A DNA stretch of 64,000 nt from a virus (IMGVR_UViG_3300025390_000003:64252-128251); one strand, 5' to 3'. Shown: positions 1 through 10,165, numbered from the stretch's first letter. Translations and numbers: made by a program. The notes: generated by a model not told the origin, from the sequence alone.

Positions 1-1296
1 TTTACTGCTCGTTATGATATCAAATGTTGTAAATGATTTTAACATATCACTTATTTCAATTTCTGGTTTGGATATTGATATTTTACTACATCTTGGACAT
101 CTAACATCAAATGCAACCTCTCTGGTATACACAAATTCACAAATACTGCATTTAAAATCTATCTCTCCAGTAGATATATAATGAGATTTATCAGTTAACA
201 TTTTTTCCGTTCTATTCTGCATTCTATCTTCCCAAATATCAAAACTCTTATCTCGAATAGATATTATTGCATTTTTTCGATTTCTTTCTACATTTACCTT
301 TGCTGAACAATTTACAGAACAACATTCAGAATATCCTTTATCAAATGTATTAAATCTGACAATTTTATCATTACAATAACTACATATCGGGATACTATCA
401 AGATTATTGTGTAGTAAATATATCCGTTCATTAAATTTTATATTTTTTCTTTGTATGTTTCTTGTATGATATATGATACTCTTATACAATCGTAAATCTA
501 AATTGAATATACTTGTATAAAATGAGTGTGATGTAACTTTATCAACCCATCCTTTTATACCTTTTATTGTATCTTCCTTAGATAGAAATTCACAACTTTC
601 TGATAATTTAGCTGCTTTATTTTTTTTATGCTCTATTTGAATGCAATTAAAATTTTTACATTTCCCATAGCCTTTTTGTATGGATAAAAATGGTAATATT
701 TCATTACAATTTTCACACTTACACTTTTTTGTATTATGTATCATCAAATATATACCTTCACTAAAATCTTCAGAATATTTTTTAATTACAAAATTATACC
801 ACTTTGGATGTTTATATATAAAATGCACCTTTAAATCGTTTAATGATCTATTAGAAATATACGATAGAATATCTTTTTCAACTACAGTAGAAATATCCGT
901 TTTTAAAGCATCATCGATTAACCCCCTTTGAATATCTGAAGAACATATATTTAATCCCTTTCTAGTATTCCCTCTTCTAATTAACATTTCAGTGTCTTTA
1001 TGTGTGCATTTCTTCGAGCAATATTTATTGTATTCCCATTTTCTATTTACACCAAATATTGGAATAACATTACCGCACGATTTACACAACGGAAGGGTTT
1101 TCATATCACATACATAATGATACAACAATTGTGATTTATTAATAATATCTAAATTATTATACTTCCCAAAATTTATAATATCATTCTCTAATGTTATATA
1201 TTTTTTATATAACTCTTTTAAAAAAAATTGTTTATGTATTTTTCTATACTCGATAACTTGTTGTTTATCTAAAACCTCATATAATTCAGTTTTCAT
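1..1296 (-). CDS. Putative free-standing homing endonuclease with three Zn-finger repeats (3' end runs off the window)
   Basis: Not in the ORF track. Manual translation from ATG at 1296 (MKTELYEVLDK...) stays open to position 1. Repeated CxxC...GY...C motifs (e.g. PICSYCNDKIVRFNTFDKGYSECCSVNC) and CPRC...SKPEIEI resemble the N-terminal part of 6431..7708. Confidence 0.7.
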   Translation of the reverse strand, partial: MKTELYEVLDKQQVIEYRKIHKQFFLKELYKKYITLENDIINFGKYNNLDIINKSQLLYHYVCDMKTLPLCKSCGNVIPIFGVNRKWEYNKYCSKKCTHKDTEMLIRRGNTRKGLNICSSDIQRGLIDDALKTDISTVVEKDILSYISNRSLNDLKVHFIYKHPKWYNFVIKKYSEDFSEGIYLMIHNTKKCKCENCNEILPFLSIQKGYGKCKNFNCIQIEHKKNKAAKLSESCEFLSKEDTIKGIKGWVDKVTSHSFYTSIFNLDLRLYKSIIYHTRNIQRKNIKFNERIYLLHNNLDSIPICSYCNDKIVRFNTFDKGYSECCSVNCSAKVNVERNRKNAIISIRDKSFDIWEDRMQNRTEKMLTDKSHYISTGEIDFKCSICEFVYTREVAFDVRCPRCSKISISKPEIEISDMLKSFTTFDIITSSK

Positions 1297-1331
1297 ATAC
1301 ATATAATTATCACATTTTTACATTATAACAA

Positions 1332-1369
1332 CAAAAACGCTACTAATAAAAAATATTAGTAGCGTTTTG
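1332..1369 (-). terminator. Intrinsic terminator after tail sheath gene
   Basis: Inverted repeat aaaacgctactaata/tattagtagcgtttt with T-tracts, just past the gp18 stop. Confidence 0.8.
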
Positions 1370-1391
1370 ATATTTTATCTAATTTCTGATA

Positions 1392-3509
1392 TTACCCAAC
1401 CAATTCTTGGAAGTTTTGGCTGGTTCTAGTAGCCACGAAATTTATTAGGATAAATTCTGCTGCCCTAACTGGCTTTAAATATATATCCACATGCAATTCA
1501 TTTGCATCGATAGAATCCGGGGTGTTGTTCCTAGAGTCGCAAACCACCAAATAATCGTATACCCCTTGAGTGTTCTTTGCGTTTTCAAATATTGGTGTTA
1601 ATGCATTTACAACTCTGGTTCTAGTGAAATCTGTGTTTGGTTCAAACACAAAGTATTTCATTATATCCTGTGTGGATTTTTCAAGAGATAGGAACAATCT
1701 ACGAACATTTACACGATCAAAAGCGGATGGTTTCTTTTGAAGGGTTTTTTGTCCGTATACCACATATCCATCATTAGGGAAGAACACCACTGGATTAATA
1801 GAAATAGTATATAAGAAATCTCTTTGTTTCTGGTTAGGATTGAAAGCGATATCTGTAATACCTTTAACTATTCCTCTAGTAAGACCAGCAGGAGCAATCC
1901 AAGGGTATGTTGCTTTATCAGAATTTGCGTATATATTAGCAGCAAATCCAGAGAAAGGACACCAGAATTGTTTATCAGAATTTGCATCATACACTTTAAC
2001 CCAATTTCCGTAGGTAGCAGCATAATTACTATTCGTTCCACCAAATAAGGTTTTCAATGGAGTATAAACATTTTGAGAAAAGGTATTTCCAGGAATTGAA
2101 ACTATCTTTGTATCACTACCATTAATAAAGATTTGGCGTAATGGATCAACAATAATCATACAATCCTTTCTGGTTTCGCTAGTGAAAGCATCATATAATC
2201 CATAAACTGAAGACCAAGATTGATAACATGGTGCGAAAGCAGAAGATAATTGAGTGATGTCAACATACACAGAATCATCATATATTCCACTTACTGCATT
2301 TGCTGCTATTGTAGTAAGACCCGCATCAACAACGATATCTAATGGATAAATTTCAGGATTATCCACTAAAGAAAGAGCGCGATCAACTTTACTAGCAACA
2401 TTTCCAATATCGTTATAGTTTACATTAGAAACTACTGGAGTATAAACACCTTCTGCAAACAATGCTTTAGCGGAACCATCAACACTAACAGAGGATAATG
2501 GATTGTTTGTGCTTAAGCTTGTCCAAGAAGTGTGTTTAGATATTGCAGGATTCACAAGCAATGTCAAATTTGAAGAACTATTATTAACAATATCCGACAA
2601 GTAGAAAGAGCGAGGAATACCACCTTGGGATGTTGATGTTTTCTTATTCGCATCCAAAGAACCGATACGACTTTCAACTAATGATATTGACAACATTTGT
2701 GGATCATATATGGATTGACGAACTTTAAATAAATTCAAAATCAAACTGTCTTGATAATATGAATCACCGAAATCGAATAATGGAGTAGTTTCAATTATTT
2801 CAGATACAGAATTGTTACTTCCTCCGATATTAGAACCAGAAAGATTAAACGCCAACTTAGATGTTGGTAATGTATACCAATTTGTTAATGTATCGCCAGT
2901 ATTCACTAAACTATACATACTAGTCACAGCAGTAAATGAAGTATCAGGTCCTAAGTCTGTATTATCTTTCAGAGAAATGTAATATCCCTCGAAAATATCG
3001 TTAATCGTTGTTTGGCTATCGTTGATTATGATAATACCCGCGTTTGCATTAACAGTATCCCATGATGCTGCTGTTGTTGAGCTTGAAATGCTACTCCATG
3101 CAAAATTATTCTGTGCTAATTGATTATATTCAGCATTGCTTAAAGTATATTGAGATGGGTTTCCTATTGTAAATCCCCCTGTTGAAGATGCGACAGGATA
3201 GAATAATGCACTATAGCTATCAGAAAATCCTAATCCAGCAGCGGAACCATAGGGTAAACGTGTGGTTAATAAATTTCCTGCGGATTGCACGACTTGTTTT
3301 GCAGATTGATAAAAATATCTTTCTGCTGCATTTGTAGGAAGACCGAAAATCTGTTCAAATTCCGAAATAGTGGAAATAGAAACAACTTCGTCCGTAGGTC
3401 CTTGGGAAGCAAACCCCATAACATATACATTAGTTCCTACCACTGTTTGAGTAGTATCGGATAAGTCAATTTCTGTGATTTGAACACCTGGTGAATTAAT
3501 AGTTCTCAT
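1392..3509 (-). CDS. gp18: Tail sheath protein (T4 gp18-like)
   Basis: N-terminal SPGVQITEIDLS; C-terminal WIAPAGLTRG, AFDRVNVRRLF, FVFEPN, DIYLKPVRAAEFI. Confidence 0.97.
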   Translation of the reverse strand: MRTINSPGVQITEIDLSDTTQTVVGTNVYVMGFASQGPTDEVVSISTISEFEQIFGLPTNAAERYFYQSAKQVVQSAGNLLTTRLPYGSAAGLGFSDSYSALFYPVASSTGGFTIGNPSQYTLSNAEYNQLAQNNFAWSSISSSTTAASWDTVNANAGIIIINDSQTTINDIFEGYYISLKDNTDLGPDTSFTAVTSMYSLVNTGDTLTNWYTLPTSKLAFNLSGSNIGGSNNSVSEIIETTPLFDFGDSYYQDSLILNLFKVRQSIYDPQMLSISLVESRIGSLDANKKTSTSQGGIPRSFYLSDIVNNSSSNLTLLVNPAISKHTSWTSLSTNNPLSSVSVDGSAKALFAEGVYTPVVSNVNYNDIGNVASKVDRALSLVDNPEIYPLDIVVDAGLTTIAANAVSGIYDDSVYVDITQLSSAFAPCYQSWSSVYGLYDAFTSETRKDCMIIVDPLRQIFINGSDTKIVSIPGNTFSQNVYTPLKTLFGGTNSNYAATYGNWVKVYDANSDKQFWCPFSGFAANIYANSDKATYPWIAPAGLTRGIVKGITDIAFNPNQKQRDFLYTISINPVVFFPNDGYVVYGQKTLQKKPSAFDRVNVRRLFLSLEKSTQDIMKYFVFEPNTDFTRTRVVNALTPIFENAKNTQGVYDYLVVCDSRNNTPDSIDANELHVDIYLKPVRAAEFILINFVATRTSQNFQELVG

Positions 3510-3551
3510 ATTTATATTATTATTTATGCTTTTTCAACTATTTTTATGAGG

Positions 3552-4130
3552 CTATAACAGAGAAGGTGTCAATAAATTAAAGTTGACCCTACTAAATTGG
3601 AAGGTAACAGTAGATTCTATCCAGTCATTAGTTCTATTATCATACGTAATTCCACCTAATCCAGTAATAAAAGCATTTACATATACCCAAGATGCAATTT
3701 TTTGATTATATTCATCTAACGCATAAACAGAAAAAGAAGTTTGATATTCGGGTGTCATACTAGTTTTTGATGTTGTAGGACTTCCACCATAAATACTTCC
3801 ATCCGCAGTATTCAAAACATTCAACCATTGCCATAACACATAATAGTTCACAAATTTATTGTCTACCACAAAATTTATTGTAATTGGTTCATAATTTGGG
3901 CGAGTGTAGCTACTAATATTTGATACCTGCCCACCAAAAGGTAAAGCAATAGAAGGAACTGCAATCGTTGGAACTACTGTACCATACACACTAAAATTTA
4001 AAGTATCTAATCCATTCGGAATAGACAAATTAGGCGTATTCTTCATAACAATAGGTAAATCCAATACAAGTAAAAATTTGTCTTTACTTGCCCTATTAAG
4101 CACCGATTGTTCAGTTGGATTTACGTTCAT
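3552..4130 (-). CDS. Tail completion / tube terminator protein (T4 gp3-like, tail-tube fold)
   Basis: YEPITINFVVDNKFVNYYVLWQW and TVTFQF motifs; adjacent to sheath gene. Confidence 0.7.
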   Translation of the reverse strand: MNVNPTEQSVLNRASKDKFLLVLDLPIVMKNTPNLSIPNGLDTLNFSVYGTVVPTIAVPSIALPFGGQVSNISSYTRPNYEPITINFVVDNKFVNYYVLWQWLNVLNTADGSIYGGSPTTSKTSMTPEYQTSFSVYALDEYNQKIASWVYVNAFITGLGGITYDNRTNDWIESTVTFQFSRVNFNLLTPSLL

Positions 4131-4145
4131 TTGTATTATTTAACT

Positions 4146-6419
4146 TTATGGTTGATATATAGTAAACCCAAGTTCCATTAATCCATCAATATCCAAATCA
4201 TCCGTATGTAAATCATTACCACCCATTATTGGTTGATATTTTTGTGGGGTATTTGGTTTAGGATAATTTGATGGAACTATTATTTCTCCTGTCGTGAGGT
4301 CTTTTAATGAATATAACGTATCATCAGTATATTCCATATCAGTTCTCGATACTTTCAATGGTTTATTCTGATCATCAAATTCATCTACAGTAAAGTATTG
4401 TTGGCATACATCAGTTTCTAATACAAATAATGCCCAAACTAATGCCATAACAAAATCATCTCTGTGTTTATCCGTCTTTTTGCGATACGTTCCATTCGGA
4501 TATTTCACGAAGGTTTCAAATTCTGATATTGTATCATCATCATTTATTTTAACCGCATGTAAGAAATTAATCCAATACCTCAAATTACTAACAGCATTAA
4601 AACGTAAATTATTGTGACTAAAAATTCCCAAATGTCTTGTATTTTTTCTTCCATCAGTGCTAGAAGTTTTGCTATAACTTACAATTTTATCATAATAATG
4701 GGTGTGAACTAATGCATCCAATATCTGCGCACCACAATTATTTCTTTCTATCAATAAAGGCGGATTTCCCCAAGATGCTGCCAAATTCACCAATCTATTC
4801 GCAAAATGATATGGTTCTAACACATTTGTTCCATATACCGCAACTTGTTTAATTTCTGTCAAATCCGTAATATCTAAAACTTGAGCGGTTGATGCAGCCC
4901 TTCCAATACCTTCCCCAACATCAACACCAATAACATATATCCTATCTTTATCAGGCATCTCATACACTTTATATGTAGAATCTGATGATGCCCATAAAGT
5001 AGGTTTCTTATTGGTTTTAAACTCCTCTATAACCTCCGCACCCACTGCACCATCCGAAGAGTCTAAGAATTTATTTCCAAATTCCTGCTCAAATGCTGCT
5101 TCTGACCCCAAAGCTGAAATCATACCCGCTTTCCATTTTTCATTTCTACCAGGAACATCCCACCAATCAATCCTTTCAGTCTTCCAATCATTCTTCCCCT
5201 TTTCTGCATCACTATAAATTTCGTAAAATTTATTAAAAACCCCATTTGGCGTGCTCACCATGAAAATTTTAGTTTTTTTACCGGATGATACTGTAGGAAT
5301 TACAGACTTCCAAAATTCCTCCATCAAATGTGTATTATGACTTAATACATCATTCGTATAATATTTATTTCCTTTTTTAACATCAACTAAATCATAAACA
5401 AAATCTTCACTGTCTTTTGTTATATATTCTACTTTTGTTACTCCTGTTTTAGTTTTTATATATTTATTTACTGCGTTTTTTGCAAATATTTTCCTTCCTG
5501 ATTTAGAAATAAAACAATGATTAGGAGATACTACTATACTATTACCACCTTCAAAACACACCTTTATTAATTTGCGGCGGGAATACTCAGCAACACCACT
5601 GAAATCCGACCAACCATTATGCGTTAATACCTCCCATTCTTCATTTTCTTCGTATCTAATTAAATCTGCGTTCATCTGCACAGAAGTTTTGAAAAACAAA
5701 TCAGCAATTTCTACAATTTTTGTTTCGCCCGTTATTTTATTTCTCAAATCAACTTTAGTATTTCTATTGACACAATCAATAAATGCTGCTTCATCGATCA
5801 CCAAAATACTTGCTGTATCCCCGCGAGCAGCAGTAGATGTAGTAGTTGATATACCAATACTACTACCGTTCGCAAAAACACAACCAGTTTTTCCCCATTC
5901 CTTAATACCAGGTTTTAAATAGTTGGGTAATAATTCATATGCAAGTCGTATCTTTTTAAAAATATTAATTGCAGTGTTTTCTTTATTTGCGACAATCATT
6001 ACTCGTTGATCATCCAAAAAACATGTATTCCATAATGCATATACCGTAGTAAGTGTTGTATTATGACTTAGAATACCATTAGAAAAATATGTATGTTTAT
6101 CGGATTTTAAAGAAACGTCATACATGTTTTCTGGTGGTAACTCTAATTTTTCCACACTTCTTACAATCTCAACACCAGTTTCTGTAATAATTTTATCTCC
6201 AACTTCTAAATCATAAACATATATTTCTTCTCCATTTTCGCCAATTACTATATGCTCATCCGCACATTCTAAAAAATAATTATCCGTCTCTAATTTCCAA
6301 ACATCATAAGGAATCGTCTTATGAACGGCTTCTATATCTTCCCATCCACTATCCGTCCAAATTTCGTAATTATCTACACTACGAGTATCTATAATCTTTT
6401 CATCACTAATATCAATCAT
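4146..6419 (-). CDS. gp17: Terminase large subunit, C-terminal piece (starts with split-intein IntC; contains a second cis mini-intein)
   Basis: Residues 1-120 are intein C-part ending SHN|TT; then Walker B LVIDEAAF, STPNG, EQEFG, GVDVGEG nuclease motif and DDFVMAL. Confidence 0.95.
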   Translation of the reverse strand: MIDISDEKIIDTRSVDNYEIWTDSGWEDIEAVHKTIPYDVWKLETDNYFLECADEHIVIGENGEEIYVYDLEVGDKIITETGVEIVRSVEKLELPPENMYDVSLKSDKHTYFSNGILSHNTTLTTVYALWNTCFLDDQRVMIVANKENTAINIFKKIRLAYELLPNYLKPGIKEWGKTGCVFANGSSIGISTTTSTAARGDTASILVIDEAAFIDCVNRNTKVDLRNKITGETKIVEIADLFFKTSVQMNADLIRYEENEEWEVLTHNGWSDFSGVAEYSRRKLIKVCFEGGNSIVVSPNHCFISKSGRKIFAKNAVNKYIKTKTGVTKVEYITKDSEDFVYDLVDVKKGNKYYTNDVLSHNTHLMEEFWKSVIPTVSSGKKTKIFMVSTPNGVFNKFYEIYSDAEKGKNDWKTERIDWWDVPGRNEKWKAGMISALGSEAAFEQEFGNKFLDSSDGAVGAEVIEEFKTNKKPTLWASSDSTYKVYEMPDKDRIYVIGVDVGEGIGRAASTAQVLDITDLTEIKQVAVYGTNVLEPYHFANRLVNLAASWGNPPLLIERNNCGAQILDALVHTHYYDKIVSYSKTSSTDGRKNTRHLGIFSHNNLRFNAVSNLRYWINFLHAVKINDDDTISEFETFVKYPNGTYRKKTDKHRDDFVMALVWALFVLETDVCQQYFTVDEFDDQNKPLKVSRTDMEYTDDTLYSLKDLTTGEIIVPSNYPKPNTPQKYQPIMGGNDLHTDDLDIDGLMELGFTIYQP
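5334..5774 (-). mobile_element. Contiguous mini-intein (147 aa) just after TerL Walker B
   Basis: DEAAFID|CVNRNT...VSPNH...VYDLVDV...NDVLSHN|THL; no endonuclease domain. Confidence 0.92.
6060..6419 (-). mobile_element. Split intein C-fragment (120 aa) of TerL, Thr+1
   Basis: Block B LECADEH, block F MYDVSL, block G NGILSHN followed by TT that completes Walker A. Confidence 0.9.
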
Positions 6420-6430
6420 TATAATTTTAT

Positions 6431-7708
6431 TTAATCATTATGAATAAAATCTAAACAATCTTGTAATATCTTTTGCTTGTCTTTATAATACTCCAATTCT
6501 TTAACATTAAAAACTTTACATTTTAATGTTTTTACTATTTCATCTTCCCGCATTTGATCATTTTCTACTCTATAATTAACTTGTTTATTTGCAATACTAT
6601 GCCAATACGCACCATTAAATTCTATGACTTTGTTTACATCTTTAATATAAAAATCTAATGATCTACTAGTTTTATGTGTCTTTACTTTATATTCGTGATT
6701 CTTTCCGTCCGTTGATATATTACCGTCATATATAGTCGCAAAATAAATTTCTTTGTATTCGGATTTTATATTATCGTATATATTCCAAAATAACTCTTGT
6801 GATACCTTGGAATAATTTTGTTTTGGAAATGATGTCAACCATTTTTCTGTTATCCCCTTTCGAATTTCTATTGCTTTGGTTTTGTTGCATCCACTTCGCT
6901 TCATAATAGCATCTATAGAATTTGTAGTCTGTCGTTCTCTTAACTTCTGTATGGCTTCTTCTTCAGTAAACCCCATCTTAGTCCAATATCCCTTTTGTGT
7001 AGAATTACATTGCGTGTCTTGTATGGTTTTACTAATCGCTTCACCACAGTCACTTCTGTTATTATATTTGTTATGATAATTCACACCACAACTAGTATTA
7101 TAACAAAATTTATTATATCCCTCCCAAATACTATTAAATTTCATTAAATTGCCACACCATAAACATTTTCCCAATTCATTAGTTTTTTGTATATGTTTAT
7201 GATAATATGATTCTTCTGAATCATGAACGTCTTTAATATGTTTCGATAAATCTTCTTTTCTATAATATGAAATTCCACATTCTTTACATACAATATTAAA
7301 ATTTTCTGGTAAAAGCTTTCCACTTTTTATTTTTTTCTGTTGATTACTATGAGTAATACAACACGCTCCAACTGCAATCATACTAAATGGTATTAAATTT
7401 TTACATGAAACCAAACAGCATTTAGTTTTCGATAATACATATTTATTATAAATTTCTTCTTTGTTGTGTGTCGTCTTGTTAAGAGATACTGATATATCCT
7501 TCCATCCTTCAAAATAAGAATTCAATTCTTCAACAAAAATATAAGAATGTAATAATTCTTTGGTTTTGTTTATATCTCTGTTATTTTGTTTATACAATTT
7601 TCTAACTAACGACCCCGCAAATAATCCATAGGTTTTATGTTGAAATTCCGTTAATTTTAATCCAGTTACTTTACAAATATAGGTTTTGTCCATACCTATA
7701 TTTATCAT
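6431..7708 (-). CDS. Vsr/DUF559-like homing endonuclease with Zn fingers, between the two terL halves (likely start 7693)
   Basis: C2H2 (CKECG...HIKDVH) and CxxC...GY...C motifs; C-terminal SKVSQELF...LDFYI...IEFNGAYWH; ATAAATA at 7705-7699 precedes ATG 7693. Confidence 0.85.
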   Translation of the reverse strand: MINIGMDKTYICKVTGLKLTEFQHKTYGLFAGSLVRKLYKQNNRDINKTKELLHSYIFVEELNSYFEGWKDISVSLNKTTHNKEEIYNKYVLSKTKCCLVSCKNLIPFSMIAVGACCITHSNQQKKIKSGKLLPENFNIVCKECGISYYRKEDLSKHIKDVHDSEESYYHKHIQKTNELGKCLWCGNLMKFNSIWEGYNKFCYNTSCGVNYHNKYNNRSDCGEAISKTIQDTQCNSTQKGYWTKMGFTEEEAIQKLRERQTTNSIDAIMKRSGCNKTKAIEIRKGITEKWLTSFPKQNYSKVSQELFWNIYDNIKSEYKEIYFATIYDGNISTDGKNHEYKVKTHKTSRSLDFYIKDVNKVIEFNGAYWHSIANKQVNYRVENDQMREDEIVKTLKCKVFNVKELEYYKDKQKILQDCLDFIHND

Positions 7709-7735
7709 AAATTAAGTAAATGTCCAACTTGAAAT

Positions 7736-8173
7736 TCATCCAACACGTTTATAAAAATTTTCTATCGTAACCTCTTCAGTTTCAAGTGTTTGTTTATTCC
7801 GAATAGTTAACATAACACCACATTTAAGGCATTTACCTACTTGTCTTGATGCTAAGACCGTAACGAACCGGTTCTTCGCTAGGCTTTTTAATACTCTTTT
7901 TTGAGCAGGGTAGAGTTCTATTTTTTCTTTACCTCTGTCGATATTTACGATATAGAAATGTTTTTCAGCGAAGTGTGTGATATCTTCCTTACATTTTTTC
8001 ATTTCCTTTACCATTGCAGGAGTGAACGCAAATTGTGCATTCTCTCTTGGTAATTTTTTATCTCCTCTATAGTATTGTCTATCACCTATAGGGTTTTCGT
8101 TAATTACATCATCTTCAATCTCTTTAACATCCTCTAGATAAGAATCTTCTGGACATGTGTTATCATCACTCAT
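7736..8173 (-). CDS. gp17: Terminase large subunit, N-terminal piece ending in split-intein IntN
   Basis: KCKEDITHFAEKHF, ELYPAQ adenine-binding motif, Walker A SRQVGK followed by CLKCG...(31 aa) and stop. Confidence 0.93.
   Translation of the reverse strand: MSDDNTCPEDSYLEDVKEIEDDVINENPIGDRQYYRGDKKLPRENAQFAFTPAMVKEMKKCKEDITHFAEKHFYIVNIDRGKEKIELYPAQKRVLKSLAKNRFVTVLASRQVGKCLKCGVMLTIRNKQTLETEEVTIENFYKRVG
7739..7831 (-). mobile_element. Split intein N-fragment (31 aa)
   Basis: CLKCGVMLTIRNKQTLETEEVTIENFYKRVG; block-A-like and similar to the start of the cis intein at 5774. Confidence 0.88.
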
Positions 8174-8194
8174 ATTAGTTTTATTTAACTAATA

Positions 8195-8599
8195 TTAGAT
8201 ATCTTCTTCTAGATTTCCACCTTCTCCCATACCGCCTTGTTCTGGATTAAAGATATTAAACATTGTGCAGCGCAAGTTTTCTAGTAATGCATCTCTATCT
8301 TGAGCGTTCGCAGCATGCATCATAAAAACCTTATCACCGTGTAGATCATATCCGATAGTCATATATGCTTTTAAGTATTCTGTGGTGATGTTATTTAATT
8401 GTGCGATATCGTCACTTCTATCTTTTTCTATTGAGACTTTATCATAGAATTGGATAAAAGCTTGTTTGATTAAGCTTTGCACATCAGCATCTACGGTAGG
8501 GGGAACATTTTCAGGAACTATTTTTTTAGTTTCTGTTTTTTTACGACTAATCTTTTTTTTCCCTGTCATTTTATTTTTATTTGGGTCATTAGCAGACAT
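8195..8599 (-). CDS. Hypothetical protein
   Basis: 134-aa ORF in the operon with a late-promoter-like ATAAATA upstream. Confidence 0.7.
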   Translation of the reverse strand: MSANDPNKNKMTGKKKISRKKTETKKIVPENVPPTVDADVQSLIKQAFIQFYDKVSIEKDRSDDIAQLNNITTEYLKAYMTIGYDLHGDKVFMMHAANAQDRDALLENLRCTMFNIFNPEQGGMGEGGNLEEDI

Positions 8600-8610
8600 A
8601 GCATCTACTA

Positions 8611-8952
8611 CTATTTATTCGTAATTGTATTTTTAGTATACTCCGCAGCTTTATTATTAATGCCATATTTTACCAGATGTTCCACTAAAATTTCAAACGA
8701 CAATGTTTTAATTTTTAGTCGGGTTGGTAGATATTGGCCTCCGTCTGACAATTCCAAATATGATTCATTATCTCCGAAATTTGGATCACCGGAGAAGCAA
8801 GTACAAAAAATAGAACTTACTTTAGGATCGATAACAATAGTCCAAGACCGTGCATCCGCTTTACTATAATCATCAAATAATTTATATGCGTAATATCCGC
8901 TATCTCTGAGTCTTTTTAAGAAGTATCCTAATGTAGTTAATTTATTAGCCAT
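8611..8952 (-). CDS. Hypothetical protein
   Basis: 113-aa ORF co-oriented with the operon. Confidence 0.7.
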   Translation of the reverse strand: MANKLTTLGYFLKRLRDSGYYAYKLFDDYSKADARSWTIVIDPKVSSIFCTCFSGDPNFGDNESYLELSDGGQYLPTRLKIKTLSFEILVEHLVKYGINNKAAEYTKNTITNK

Positions 8953-8980
8953 AATGTTATATTAATTTATCAAATTCTGA

Positions 8981-9724
8981 TTATTTTACAAGTGCGGATA
9001 TTATAAATTTCACAAGAATATTATCTTCTTGAATTTCGAACACTGTAATTTTCAAAGAGTTATTAAATTTGACATTAATTTTACTAGTTTTAATTCCACT
9101 GATTAAACGTAAGTGTTCTAGATTTAATGGAACAGCGGGTTCAATAGATTCACCAGTATATTCTTCGTTAATCAGATATGTAATATTATTTGAATTTGGG
9201 GTTTCTCTATCGTTCAATTCCCCATACACAGAACCATTTTTAGTATACAAATAAAATTTATTAGAATCTGTGACTATTGATGCTGCCTTCATTATTTCAT
9301 TAAACTTTCCAACAGTAAGTTCAAATTCGGTATCAAATTGCAACTTATTTATTTTTGTTACGTTCAACGGGCATTTTGGTATATATCCATCTTCTGATAG
9401 GTGATATACGAAATTAAAACTTTTGTTATCATTATAAGTGATATTATTATTTTTTACAGTTAAAGAAATGTCACCAACTTTTTCTATACAACCCAACAGT
9501 CTAATAAATTTGTCAATATCCAACAGATTCAGTTTTAATGGTGTTTCTATATCTATAGCAGTATTTAATTTTGCATATACAATGAAACTTCCATCTTGTG
9601 AAGTGCATATTGTATTAATATCGTCCTTTTCTACATTAAGGACGATATTACTTGCAACCTTACTAATTGGAGATAAAAACTTCTGAACTAATGTTCCTTT
9701 ATCTATAGATATTACGGTATCCAT
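8981..9724 (-). CDS. gp45: Sliding clamp (T4 gp45-like)
   Basis: Length 247 aa, LNLLDIDKFIRLL motif, C-terminal FIISAL, replication-cluster context. Confidence 0.8.
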   Translation of the reverse strand: MDTVISIDKGTLVQKFLSPISKVASNIVLNVEKDDINTICTSQDGSFIVYAKLNTAIDIETPLKLNLLDIDKFIRLLGCIEKVGDISLTVKNNNITYNDNKSFNFVYHLSEDGYIPKCPLNVTKINKLQFDTEFELTVGKFNEIMKAASIVTDSNKFYLYTKNGSVYGELNDRETPNSNNITYLINEEYTGESIEPAVPLNLEHLRLISGIKTSKINVKFNNSLKITVFEIQEDNILVKFIISALVK

Positions 9725-10149
9725 TATTTTGAATTTGTGACATATTTGATATATCTATCAACACTAATACTGATTCTATCAATAGCTTTTGCAAAAATTA
9801 CGCTCGCATCCGCAAATTTTATTAAAGTTTTTGGATCAATACTACTAAAAGCAACTGGAGATGGAGAAGGTCTTTGTGTTGGTTGAGGTTGTGGTGCGGA
9901 TGGATTTCCGTTACTCATTGGGGGTGGCATTGGATATCTTTCCATAGCCTCCTTATTTAATTGCGCTACTATATTATCCCTATTATTTCTTTCTTGTTGT
10001 ATTGCACTAGTCAAGAAATTTCTAGGATCGATTTTCTTTGCAGGGCCTGCGGAACTTTGTTGGAGAGTATCTTTATCAACTTGTCCTAAATTTGCCCCCA
10101 CAAGTCCAGCCATCATTGCTGCTGCCATTTCATCTTCGGATATTGCCAT
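9724..10149 (-). CDS. Hypothetical Pro-rich protein
   Basis: 141-aa ORF whose stop overlaps the clamp start. Confidence 0.7.
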   Translation of the reverse strand: MAISEDEMAAAMMAGLVGANLGQVDKDTLQQSSAGPAKKIDPRNFLTSAIQQERNNRDNIVAQLNKEAMERYPMPPPMSNGNPSAPQPQPTQRPSPSPVAFSSIDPKTLIKFADASVIFAKAIDRISISVDRYIKYVTNSK

Positions 10150-10165
10150 ATTATTTTGGGTTAAA

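Noticed and set aside
6431-7735. Self-splicing intron joining the terL halves
   Set aside because: Non-coding flanks are only 11 and 27-42 nt, and each half has its own promoter and start; trans-splicing explains it better.
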